Shown: positions 37,118 to 48,399, counted from the first letter of the whole stretch. The stretch: DNA of 63,142 nucleotides, filler included, from Octopus bimaculoides (GCF_001194135.2; 7 parts of 7 records of this genome joined end to end with filler, not necessarily neighbours in it), one strand, 5' to 3'. Made by a program: numbers and translations. Notes: generated by a model from the sequence alone, not told the origin.

Positions 37118-38214
37118 GGAGTGGCTGTGTGGTAAGTAGCTTGCTTACCAACCACATGGTTCCGGGTTGAGTCCGACTGTGTGGCACCTTGGCAAGTGTC
37201 TTCTACTATAGCCTCGAGCCGACCAAAGTCTTCTGAGTGGATTTGGTAGATGGAACCTGAAAGAAGCCCATCGTATATATATATATATATATATATATAT
37301 ATNNNNNNNNNNNNNNNNNNNNNNNNNNNNNNNNNNNNNNNNNNNNNNNNNNNNNNNNNNNNNNNNNNNNNNNNNNNNNNNNNNNNNNNNNNNNNNNNNN
37401 NNNNNNNNNNNNNNNNNNNNNNNNNNNNNNNNNNNNNNNNNNNNNNNNNNNNNNNNNNNNNNNNNNNNNNNNNNNNNNNNNNNNNNNNNNNNNNNNNNNN
37501 NNNNNNNNNNNNNNNNNNNNNNNNNNNNNNNNNNNNNNNNNNNNNNNNNNNNNNNNNNNNNNNNNNNNNNNNNNNNNNNNNNNNNNNNNNNNNNNNNNNN
37601 NNNNNNNNNNNNNNNNNNNNNNNNNNNNNNNNNNNNNNNNNNNNNNNNNNNNNNNNNNNNNNNNNNNNNNNNNNNNNNNNNNNNNNNNNNNNNNNNNNNN
37701 NNNNNNNNNNNNNNNNNNNNNNNNNNNNNNNNNNNNNNNNNNNNNNNNNNNNNNNNNNNNNNNNNNNNNNNNNNNNNNNNNNNNNNNNNNNNNNNNNNNN
37801 NNNNNNNNNNNNNNNNNNNNNNNNNNNNNNNNNNNNNNNNNNNNNNNNNNNNNNNNNNNNNNNNNNNNNNNNNNNNNNNNNNNNNNNNNNNNNNNNNNNN
37901 NNNNNNNNNNNNNNNNNNNNNNNNNNNNNNNNNNNNNNNNNNNNNNNNNNNNNNNNNNNNNNNNNNNNNNNNNNNNNNNNNNNNNNNNNNNNNNNNNNNN
38001 NNNNNNNNNNNNNNNNNNNNTGTGCTTGTCCCCCCAACATCGCTTGACAACCGATGCTGGTGTGTTTATGTCCCCGTAACTTAGCGGTTCGGCAAAAGAG
38101 ACCGATAGAATAAGTACTAGGCTTCCAAAGAATAAGTCCTGGGGTCGATTTGCCCTACAAAAGGCGGTGCTCCAGCATGGCCGCAGTCAAATGACTGAAA
38201 CAAGTAAAAGAGTA
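37118..38214 (+). mobile_element. SINE family A with the 37303-38020 gap inside its internal microsatellite
   Basis: 5' half before the gap and 3' half after it both match the reference copy. Confidence 0.92.
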
Positions 38215-39041
38215 TACTACAGTTTCTTTCATGCTAGTTGATAAATGTGAACATCAAAACAGTGGTGGTGGTGGGAGTGATGGCTGTGGAGGTGGTGGCA
38301 GCTCAGTCCTAATATCACATCTGATGTCACCTAAATCACATCATCTTACTAGTTTTTGACCTATTATTTTACTTAGTTAAGACCATGTTTATTCATTACT
38401 TTGTTTACTCAATGGTGGTGGTGGTGGTGGTGGTGGTGCTGCACTTGATGAAACATGGTGGCAGTTTGAAATTCCTCTCAGCCAAGCTAATGTTATTAAT
38501 ACTTACAAAATTAAAGCATGGCTCCAACCTTCTTACAGCAGTGAGCTGTATCTATCTACATACAGCCTAGTAGTATTATTTAATATTTACAGCTTAACTG
38601 GACTGAGTCAGCAAGATTAAAGTTTGTGGACCATGGATACAGGAAGCAGTAGTAACAAAATACAAACTCTACTACAACCACCAGTACCTCCGCCACCAGC
38701 ACCTCCTCCACTACCACCACCACACCACCACCACCACCTTCCAACTGATAATCAGAGACACCCTATCAAACAAGCCAGCTGTGACTCTCTTTATATTAGT
38801 TGAAAGGGGCTCAAAACATATATGTTCTTTTAGAATTCTCTTCATTAGTGCTCCACCGCCATTGTAATCTTTGTGTATACAAGAAGCTGGTTAAATTTAC
38901 CAAGTCTGAAACAGGAAAGCAATTGAATATTCAAGTGTTTCTCCCCATCTCGTCACCTCACTGGATGTGGTGCACATATCTCAGAATGATCTAAACATAA
39001 TGTAAGAAACATTGTAATGACCACAAGTGACACATACATAC

Positions 39042-39072
<31 letters not shown>

Positions 39073-39150
39073 CGGTTTCACCAGTCCTCAGTCAAATCGT
39101 CCAACCCATGCTAGCATGGAAAGCGGACGTTAAACGATGATGATGATGAT
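39073..39150 (+). mobile_element. Young RTE LINE, 5'-truncated 3' terminus with (GAT)n tail
   Basis: 64 nt identical to the reverse complement of 46803-46866; contains the palindrome CCATGCTAGCATGG. Confidence 0.92.
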
Positions 39151-39557
39151 AATTTATATATCTTGTGTGTACATGTCTGACTCCTGCTGTACGAGTTCCT
39201 GTTCCACATTATCATTGTCCAGTCTGTAATAGAATGCAGTATGGTGTTCCCCTAAGAACCCATTGCAGTTAGGAAACCAAATGCACTTAGAACACCGAAT
39301 GCTAAGTTCCAAATAACTGCAATGGTAAAATGTGTGTCAGAATTGTATATTTATACTAGTGTTTATTTCAATTTTCACTATGTGTGTGTGTGTGTGTGTG
39401 TGTCAATAAAGTGCTTATTGCCTATTTTTTCTGACATAGATTTTATATATATATATANNNNNNNNNNNNNNNNNNNNNNNNNNNNNNNNNNNNNNNNNNN
39501 NTTAATTAATTAANNNNNNNNNNNNNNNNNNNNNNNNNNNNNNNNNNNNNNNNNNNN

Positions 39558-39613
<56 letters not shown>

Positions 39614-39991
39614 CACACACACATACACACACAAGTTAAATATATATGTATACACATACATAAGTGTGTGTTTACATAAGTGTGTGTTTATGCATGGGTA
39701 TGTATAATATATCTGAATATATATAAAACGATGTGTATGTATGTGTGTATATATGTATGTATATATATATGCATATATAATATGTTGAAATATGGTTCTT
39801 ATTTTTAAATTTATGAATAACAATGGAACATTTACTTAAGAAAAGAGTAAACTTGATCAGTACTTCATTTTCCCATTTTCTTCTCCTTTTTTCTCTCCCT
39901 ATATATATGTATAGGTATATTTAAATACATACATACAAACNNNNNNNNNNNNNNNNNNNNNNNNNNNNNNNNNNNNNNNNNNNNNNNNNNN

Positions 39992-40025
<34 letters not shown>

Positions 40026-40129
40026 ATATAATAAATCTCCCCAAAAAGAACAAACACAAAAACAACAACAACACTCGGACGTGGTACATGTAAAGTATTA
40101 GCAGACGCTCAAGGAAGGAAAGAAAGATG

Positions 40130-40164
40130 GTTTAACGTTTCGAGCAAAGCTCTTTTTCAGAAAC
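40130..40164 (-). ncRNA. Minimal hammerhead-ribozyme motif (Penelope type), one core substitution, inside a repeat spanning ~40050-40240
   Basis: Minus strand GTTT-CTGAAAA-A-GAGC(TTT)GCTC-GAAA-CGT-T-AAAC: stem I GTTT/AAAC, stem II GAGC/GCTC, palindromic stem III ACGT; G8 changed to A. A related 3' half (CGAAACGTAAAAG) lies at ~19141. Confidence 0.65.
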
Positions 40165-40584
40165 AGAGGTAAGTCCAATACAAAGGAAGACGGAGGAAGA
40201 AAATCGCCAACGATTCACATGTGGTTACATATGTATTCATATATATGTATGTATCATGTGCATATACTAGTGGCAATATATAATCTTGCGAAGGGTTATT
40301 GACACCTAAAATAGAATCGCATGAATCCGCTATAATTTTAATTTTAAAATTAGATGGCTTAAACAAGCTTAAATAGAGAGAAAAATCCAAAATGTTGTCG
40401 AAATCCTTAACATAATAAAACAAATTCATGTGTTATACATTGAACAGCATTAAGTACGTATGATGAATATATGTATAATGTTTCCATATATACACCATGC
40501 ACACATACATCCCTATATGCATACATACATACATGCGTGATTATTACTTCATCTTTCCGTCTCATTATTCAATATTTAGTCTAA

Positions 40585-40760
40585 CTCCGGACTGTTTTCG
40601 ACCATACGTTTTGACGTCACGCATAAAGGCAATCAATGATTTACGATGTCTTAAAGCAAACATGGCGGACAAAGCTAATTTTCTCTACAGAAATTATTGG
40701 TTGTGTATCTGGGACGACATTCGCGTGCTTGTTTGCTTGCAGTTCCGGTTTAGACTTGTT
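40585..40760 (+). promoter_or_regulatory. Candidate promoter/enhancer: CpG-richer unique island with CRE, YY1 and ETS-like motifs
   Basis: TGACGTCA 40612-40619, AAACATGGCGG 40658-40668, TTCCGG 40743-40748, TCCGGA ~40586. Confidence 0.4.
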
Positions 40761-40974
40761 GCACACTGCATGCATGAATACATACAAAGCTCATACATAC
40801 ATATACATGCTTGTATGCGATATGCATGCGTACATCGATATACATGCATACATTCATGCTTACATACGTAGAGGTATACATTATACGTTCATACAAACAA
40901 ATATACGTCGATACTCATACATATCTACATCCATTCACCCATACAAACATATTTCATACATATATTTGTGCACA

Positions 40975-41345
40975 CAGGATGATGATAGAATTTTATTCGT
41001 GTCCGAAGATTATGAGGAGCAACGGCACACACTCCAGTGGTTATCTAAACCGATCCTTGACGCTGCGGGTATTTTCTTCCCGCCTACGCTTAATAGTTTT
41101 AAAGTGAGCGTCAGTCTGAGCAATTCAACCCCACTCTTTAGACTAGGAGGTCGTCTGTCAACAGTGGCTCGGTGAGCTAAGAAAGCTGTGGTGACCAGCA
41201 ACTTGTAGATTTTACATTGGAGTGACTTTCTCCCAGGTGGTTTGCCTTACAGGGCTGGAGGCCTTCACTTATACTGAAGTTTCCACAAGGGTGTCAAAGA
41301 TGGCACCGGACTCCATCCGTGATTAGCTGTCGAGGTTGACAACCC
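40975..41345 (-). mobile_element. Short non-coding RTE-like element (5'-UTR-like + 3'-end-like sequence)
   Basis: Minus strand has aaccacctgggagaaagtcactcc (reminiscent of RTE 5' UTRs) and ends ...cttcggacacgaa..atcatcatc. No coding motif; the assignment is tentative. Confidence 0.35.
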
Positions 41346-41484
41346 ACACATTTTCCTTTCCCAAGGCACTCACAAGACTTGCACACATACATACATGTAT
41401 AAATCCTGGAAATGCTCTTGTTCTCCATAAAAGAACAGAGCAGAACAGCAAACGTTCAATTATCAACATTGATATTACAGTTAG

Positions 41485-41700
41485 TAAAGGCGGTGAGTTG
41501 GCAGAATCGTTAGCACGCTGGGTCAAGTGTTTAGCAGTATTTCGTCCACCTTTACGGTCTCAGTTCAAATCCCATCGTGGTCGACTTAGCCTTTCATACT
41601 TTCAGTGTCAATAAATTAAGTACCAGTGAAACACTGGGGAGTCAATGTAATCGACTTGTCTCCAAATTTTCAGGCCTTTTGCCTTTAGTAGAAAAGATAT
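41485..41700 (+). mobile_element. SINE family B, full length
   Basis: aaggcggtgagttggcagaatcgttagcacg..cagttcaaatccc..ctttcatactttc..ggccttttgcct. Confidence 0.88.
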
Positions 41701-41894
41701 TACAGTTAGTTTTCAATCGCACATCAACTTTATCAAATGTTTTGAATATTAAGGATATTGGCAGACGCACATTTAACTGTTACGAACCAACACTGTTTAG
41801 TTCAAAACACTATGGCCCCTTCACCACCGTCACCAGACACAAATGCCGCTTCCCACCAGCATCACCATATATGTACATATATATTCTTTTCTTT

Positions 41895-42615
<721 letters not shown>

Positions 42616-42746
42616 TATATATATATATATATATNNNNNNNNNNNNNNNNNNNNNNNNNNNNNNNNNNNNNNNNNNNNTTAATTAATTAANNNNNNNNNN
42701 NNNNNNNNNNNNNNNNNNNNNNNNNNNNNNNNNNTATATACGTATA

Positions 42747-42820
<74 letters not shown>

Positions 42821-42963
42821 TTTGGACAAAAATGTACAATTTGATTAGTGGGTTTAAATGTTGAGTAGAGCACTGGCACAGTTTAGGCTACCTGTTGTCA
42901 GCCACAGTTGTGGTACACTTCCCTTGGATTTAGTTCAGGAACTCTGCAGTCGCAGTTAGAGTA

Positions 42964-43304
42964 ATAGTATTAATTAATAGTGGGAGATGGATTTCGTATT
43001 AGAATTTTATTAGGTACAACATGTTTCAACCTTTCAGTCCGGGTCTCTTCAGGTACATGGATAAAGAAATCTCACTAGAGATTTTTAGTATTGGCTGGTT
43101 TGTTGTTATATGCCCATCAAGTTAAGGAATGAATAAAAGCAAATAATATTATAGAAACACAAAAAATTGAAATATGAACGTGGAAATCTTGCATTCTAGT
43201 TTTGCATATATATCTGAAGAGACCCAGACTGATGGGTTGAAACATATATTCTACCTAATAAAATACTAGTACGAAATCATTCTCCTACTATTATTTAATA
43301 CTAT
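42964..43304. mobile_element. Inverted repeat of Penelope-like pseudo-LTR fragments, each arm with a hammerhead motif
   Basis: Arms 42964-43052 and 43214-43304 are reverse complements (roughly 80-85% by eye) with a ~160-bp spacer; each arm reads CTGAAGA-GACC..GGTT-GAAAC then AATAAA. Confidence 0.75.
43014..43056 (-). ncRNA. Minimal type-I hammerhead ribozyme with intact catalytic core
   Basis: Minus strand GTAC-CTGAAGA-GACC(CGGACTGAAA)GGTT-GAAA-CA/TG-T-T-GTAC: stem I GTAC/GTAC, stem II GACC/GGTT (closing G.U), loopless palindromic stem III ACA/TGT, GUU cleavage triplet. Confidence 0.7.
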
Positions 43305-43439
43305 ATATATATATAGGAAAAATAGAAGTTGAAAATGCACTGAGAATAGTTAATATATTTTTTGATGGAGCACATGGAGCTACAGGAAAAATGGAGCACA
43401 TGGAGCTACAGGAAACTCAAAGACAAATATTTAAAGATC

Positions 43440-43953
43440 TAAACAGTTTCACAGTTTACACTGATTTTCAATAATTTGAAATAGAAAGAAGTGGCTTATG
43501 TCACAGTTGTTTTGCTTCTGACTAGTGTTTGAAGCTTGTTCTATTTTTATAGTGAGTTTATGGCTCAAATTAGTATATGTTTTGAATAGGGCTTGTTTGG
43601 TAGATGATAGTCACATGACTGGTCTTAGAAATGTTTGTAGGTTTCCTGCTACGTCCATGTATTAGGATCAAGTGACAATATTTAGCATCATAAGTTATGG
43701 CTGACACAGTTGACTGAACAAGTCCAGTGGTAGTACTAAACAATCAATGCTCTGAATATTTCTGTCAAGTGTTTGTAGAGAATGAACACATGATTAAGTT
43801 TAGAACCTTCTGTATGTTTCCCCACTATGTCTATGCATTAGTGTCAAGTGGCAGTATATTTAGTGCCTAAAATGAAGGCCGATACAGTTGCGTGAACATG
43901 TTTAGTTGCAATCAAGGCACTCCATATTTAATCTGTTTGGTGGGAGAGTAGAC
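43440..43953 (-). mobile_element. Possible highly decayed CR1/L2-like LINE 3' region
   Basis: Minus-strand fragments such as CIDIVGNIQK and NCDISHFFL echo CR1 C-terminal motifs; many stops; weak. Confidence 0.3.
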
Positions 43954-44753
43954 ANNNNNNNNNNNNNNNNNNNNNNNNNNNNNNNNNNNNNNNNNNNNNN
44001 NNNNNNNNNNNNNNNNNNNNNNNNNNNNNNNNNNNNNNNNNNNNNNNNNNNNNNNNNNNNNNNNNNNNNNNNNNNNNNNNNNNNNNNNNNNNNNNNNNNN
44101 NNNNNNNNNNNNNNNNNNNNNNNNNNNNNNNNNNNNNNNNNNNNNNNNNNNNNNNNNNNNNNNNNNNNNNNNNNNNNNNNNNNNNNNNNNNNNNNNNNNN
44201 NNNNNNNNNNNNNNNNNNNNNNNNNNNNNNNNNNNNNNNNNNNNNNNNNNNNNNNNNNNNNNNNNNNNNNNNNNNNNNNNNNNNNNNNNNNNNNNNNNNN
44301 NNNNNNNNNNNNNNNNNNNNNNNNNNNNNNNNNNNNNNNNNNNNNNNNNNNNNNNNNNNNNNNNNNNNNNNNNNNNNNNNNNNNNNNNNNNNNNNNNNNN
44401 NNNNNNNNNNNNNNNNNNNNNNNNNNNNNNNNNNNNNNNNNNNNNNNNNNNNNNNNNNNNNNNNNNNNNNNNNNNNNNNNNNNNNNNNNNNNNNNNNNNN
44501 NNNNNNNNNNNNNNNNNNNNNNNNNNNNNNNNNNNNNNNNNNNNNNNNNNNNNNNNNNNNNNNNNNNNNNNNNNNNNNNNNNNNNNNNNNNNNNNNNNNN
44601 NNNNNNNNNNNNNNNNNNNNNNNNNNNNNNNNNNNNNNNNNNACTCACAAAATTTTAGTCAGTTTAGGGTTATAATAGAAGACACTTGCCCAAAGTGTGA
44701 CATGATTGGGAAAATAAGCTTCTCAGGTACACGGCCAGTTCATTTACAAGATA

Positions 44754-45120
44754 CCACTGGTACTGATGATGTACCAGTCTGTTGCAGGGTTAAGCCACAA
44801 GTAATAGGGTAAACCAGTCTATTGAGAGTAAACTCATCAGTTGTCACTGGTACTAAGGGTAACAGTCTACTGATAGGTAGATTCACTAGCTGCCATACGT
44901 ACTGATAATACTTCAGTTTGTTGATAGGTTAACCCACTAGCTGCCAGTGGTGTTGAGGGTACCCTAGCCTATTGATGGGTTAACCCACTAGTTTCCACTG
45001 GTACTGAAGGTATACCAATATGCTTATAGTTTAACCCACTAGCTGCCAGTGGAACTGAGGATAATCCAATTTCTTGATGGGTTAACCAACAAACAGCCAC
45101 TGGTACTGAGGGTACACCAC
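44754..45120. repeat. 51-bp minisatellite, about 7-8 diverged units
   Basis: Unit starts at 44893, 44944, 44995, 45046 and 45097 (exact 51-bp period); consensus approximately CCACTGGTACTGAGGGTACACCAGTCTATTGATGGGTTAACCCACTAGCTG. Confidence 0.92.
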
Positions 45121-45688
45121 ATCACCCTGAAATGCATTCACTGCATTACCTTCCACCCACTAGCTAGATTGTGATTGCCATTCACTTCGACAGCACCATC
45201 TATCTATACCTTACCCCTCCCTTACTCTCTTACCAACCCATGCATCACCCTCTATCCATACACCCACACTCACACATCATCATCATCGTCGTCATCTTCA
45301 CCCATTTCTACCCTCTACTCAACCAACAGCCCAGCAATAACAAGAAGTAATAAAAATCAAAGAAATGTTGATAACATTGATAACATAAATTTCTTGAATC
45401 TTAACACAACAAAATATCTTTCAAAGAACTATTAATCAGGATATTGTCCAAACTATACTGGTCCCCTATGATTAAAAATGCTTTAGTGGCTCAAGCAACT
45501 GTTAATTCCTGACCAACGAAATTTTCACATTCCTTGTCGTATTTCTAAGCAGTTTGTGAAAAACGCTTCACTCTGTCCATTGCAGAGGCTAAGTCAACAA
45601 GGAATGACTTTTGATTTCAAAGTAACTACTTAAAGAACTAAATTGTACAAACGAATTTGGCCAAAACAAATTCTTTATTTCATAAAGG

Positions 45689-45983
45689 ATGCATAACATT
45701 CTATGGTTGACGATAATTGTTTTATACTGTTTCCAACCAGTGCAGACATGGTGGCTTTGGAATAAAAAATCTCCAAACAAATGTGTTACCAAAAAAATAA
45801 CTCCATGGTCTACCTGCAGACATAGATGCAGAGATATCTCTAAAAGACAAGTAATTGCCCTATGCACACATCATAAAGACAACCTGCAGAAATGTGCTTC
45901 AGTCTGTGGAATCACAGACACCACAACATCAAAACTATGTTATCCAAGTGGATGCCACTCATCACAATATTGTTGTCCAAACC
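45689..45983 (+). CDS. First coding exon of a secreted cysteine-rich protein with a divergent thrombospondin-type-1-like module
   Basis: ATG followed by a hydrophobic signal peptide (MHNILWLTIIVLYCFQPVQT); 10 Cys in the mature part, C-x10-C-x3-C-x11-C-x9-C-x3-C-x10-C-x4-C-x5-CC; WSxCxxxC motif; consensus donor GTGAGT at 45984 (phase 1); possible acceptor ttctttatttcataaAG ending at 45687; non-repetitive sequence. If unspliced, the ORF ends at 46036. Confidence 0.8.
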
Positions 45984-46234
45984 GTGAGTACTTACTGTTT
46001 AATAATTTTTTTTTATATCGTTTGCAAACTACTTGAAGATGCAATATATATATTGCAAACAACTTTCAAGTACAAGTGCTACCAGTTGAAAGCTCCGCAT
46101 ACCAGATGCTAGCTAGCAAGTTTATTATGTCATCAAATTTATTATGTCATCGGATTTTTTAAAGTATGCTACGCTACTGGTTTAAATTGATATTAATTAA
46201 TTAATATCAATTTCTACCCTCATTATTTAACTTT

Positions 46235-46278
<44 letters not shown>

Positions 46279-46454
46279 NNNNNNNNNNAGAACCTAAAGA
46301 ATAGGTTCAAGCACTAATATTTATAAAATATGTGGCATATTAATAAAAATCTGTAAATGTACAACCATCCAGATATCTGAGTACCTTATTTTTTCCAATA
46401 TATAATTCCTGTACATCACCTCCAAACCTTCCAATATATATAGAGAGAGAGATT

Positions 46455-46690
46455 GAAAATGAGGAAGGCCAGTTTATGGGATTACCTAAGGTTTCCTGTC
46501 CATAAAGGGTTTAGCTTTATGGCGTATAATCAGATCCAAAAATTCTGTTGGCCCTTGACCTCTTCAAAATCCTTCTCATAGAGGTCATAGGCCAACAGGT
46601 TTTTGGGATCTGACGATACACCATAAAGCTAAACCCTTTATGGACAGGAAACCTAAGGTAATCCCATACACTTCCCTTCCCCATTTTTAA
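46455..46690. repeat. Long foldback inverted repeat (MITE-like)
   Basis: Arms 46475-46563 and 46580-46668 (89 bp each, 9 mismatches by manual alignment, including a 34-bp perfect run), 16-nt loop; weaker symmetry extends a further ~20-40 bp. Confidence 0.92.
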
Positions 46691-46777
46691 TACATACTGC
46701 TCTACATCTTAAAGTGTGCTTCTTCTTTCGGATTTATATTTTCTACAAACGATATATCAATATATATATATATATAT

Positions 46778-48172
46778 CATCATCATCATCATCATCATCA
46801 TCGTTTAACGTCCGCTTTCCATGCTAGCATGGGTTGGACGATTTGACTGAGGACTGGTGAAACCGGATGGCAACACCAGGCTCCAATCTAATTTGGCAGA
46901 GTTTCTACAGCTGGATGCCCTTCCTAACGCCAACCACTCAGAGAGTGTAGTGGGTGCTTTTACGTGTCACCCGCACGAAAACGGCCACGCTCGAAATGGT
47001 GTCTTTTATGTGCCACCNNNNNNNNNNNNNNNNNNNNNNNNNNNNNNNNNNNNNNNNNNNNNNNNNNNNNNNNNNNNNNNNNNNNNNNNNNNNNNNNNNN
47101 NNNNNNNNNNNNNNNNNNNNNNNNNNNNNNNNNNNNNNNNNNNNNNNNNNNNNNNNNNNNNNNNNNNNNNNNNNNNNNNNNNNNNNNNNNNNNNNNNNNN
47201 NNNNNNNNNNNNNNNNNNNNNNNNNNNNNNNNNNNNNNNNNNNNNNNNNNNNNNNNNNNNNNNNNNNNNNNNNNNNNNNNNNNNNNNNNNNNNNNNNNNN
47301 NNNNNNNNNNNNNNNNNNNNNNNNNNNNNNNNNNNNNNNNNNNNNNNNNNNNNNNNNNNNNNNNNNNNNNNNNNNNNNNNNNNNNNNNNNNNNNNNNNNN
47401 NNNNNNNNNNNNNNNNNNNNNNNNNNNNNNNNNNNNNNNNNNNNNNNNNNNNNNNNNNNNNNNNNNNNNNNNNNNNNNNNNNNNNNNNNNNNNNNNNNNN
47501 NNNNNNNNNNNNNNNNNNNNNNNNNNNNNNNNNNNNNNNNNNNNNNNNNNNNNNNNNNNNNNNNNNNNNNNNNNNNNNNNNNNNNNNNNNNNNNNNNNNN
47601 NNNNNNNNNNNNNNNNNNNNNNNNNNNNNNNNNNNNNNNNNNNNNNNNNNNNNNNNNNNNNNNNNNNNNNNNNNNNNNNNNNNNNNNNNNNNNNNNNNNN
47701 NNNNNNNNNNNNNNNNNNNNNNNNNNNNNNNNNNNNNNNNNNNNNNNNNNNNNNNNNNNNNNNNNNNNNNNNNNNNNNNNNNNNNNNNNNNNNNNNNNNN
47801 NNNNNNNNNNNNNNNNNNNNNNNNNNNNNNNNNNNNNNNNNNNNNNNNNNNNNNNNNCTGAGTGAGAGTCCCTTTGTTGCCAGCAGGGGTAAGAGCTCTC
47901 TAAACGTTGCCCAGGCTATTCTTATTCTAGCAGCTACACTTTCAGCGCACCCACCCCCACTACTAACTTGGTCGCCCAGATAGCGGAAGCTATCGACTAC
48001 CTCTAGTTTTTCACCCTGGAATGAGATAGAAGTTGTTTCCTGTTTGTTTACAGTCTTTATTGCACCTGAACATCTGCCACAAACAAAAACTAACTTGCTA
48101 GTTAACCTGCCTTTGATGTTGCTGCACCTCTTATGTGTCCATAGCTTGCACCGGGTACATCTTATAGAGTTA
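46778..48172 (-). mobile_element. Young 5'-truncated RTE LINE (RT C-terminal part + 3' UTR + (GAT)n tail); middle in a gap
   Basis: NSIRCTRCKLWTHKRC..FVCGRC..LEVVDSFRYLGDQVSSGGGCAESVAARIRIAWATFRELLPLL, uninterrupted over 47859-48172; 3' end cgtccaacccatgctagcatggaaagcggacgttaaacgatgatgat. Confidence 0.92.
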
Positions 48173-48267
48173 AGAAGGTTGTTGTGTAAGGCTGGAAAAA
48201 TGTGAGAAGGTACAAGGTAAACTGCAAAAGGAAAAGAAAACAAAACGAAGTTGCAGTTATGCCTTGT

Positions 48268-48309
48268 ATTTCAATATTTCGGGGGGAAAACCCCTTTCTG
48301 CAGAACATT
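48268..48309 (-). ncRNA. Decayed hammerhead motif in the Penelope-like 3' region
   Basis: Minus strand AATGTT-CTGCAGA-AA-GGGG(TTTT)CCCC-CC-GAAA-TAT-T-GAAAT; A6 changed to C. Confidence 0.5.
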
Positions 48310-48399
48310 TGAAAAGAGTAGTAATTGGAAAAAGTCATTGCTCAGATATATGGTGGGGAAGGAGATATGAGAAGAAGGAGGAAGGTGACATACACAGAC

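Noticed and set aside
41290-41350. Possible HDV-like ribozyme at the 5' end of the short RTE-like element
   Set aside because: Only a simple hairpin (GTTGTC/GACAGC) could be built; no nested double pseudoknot.
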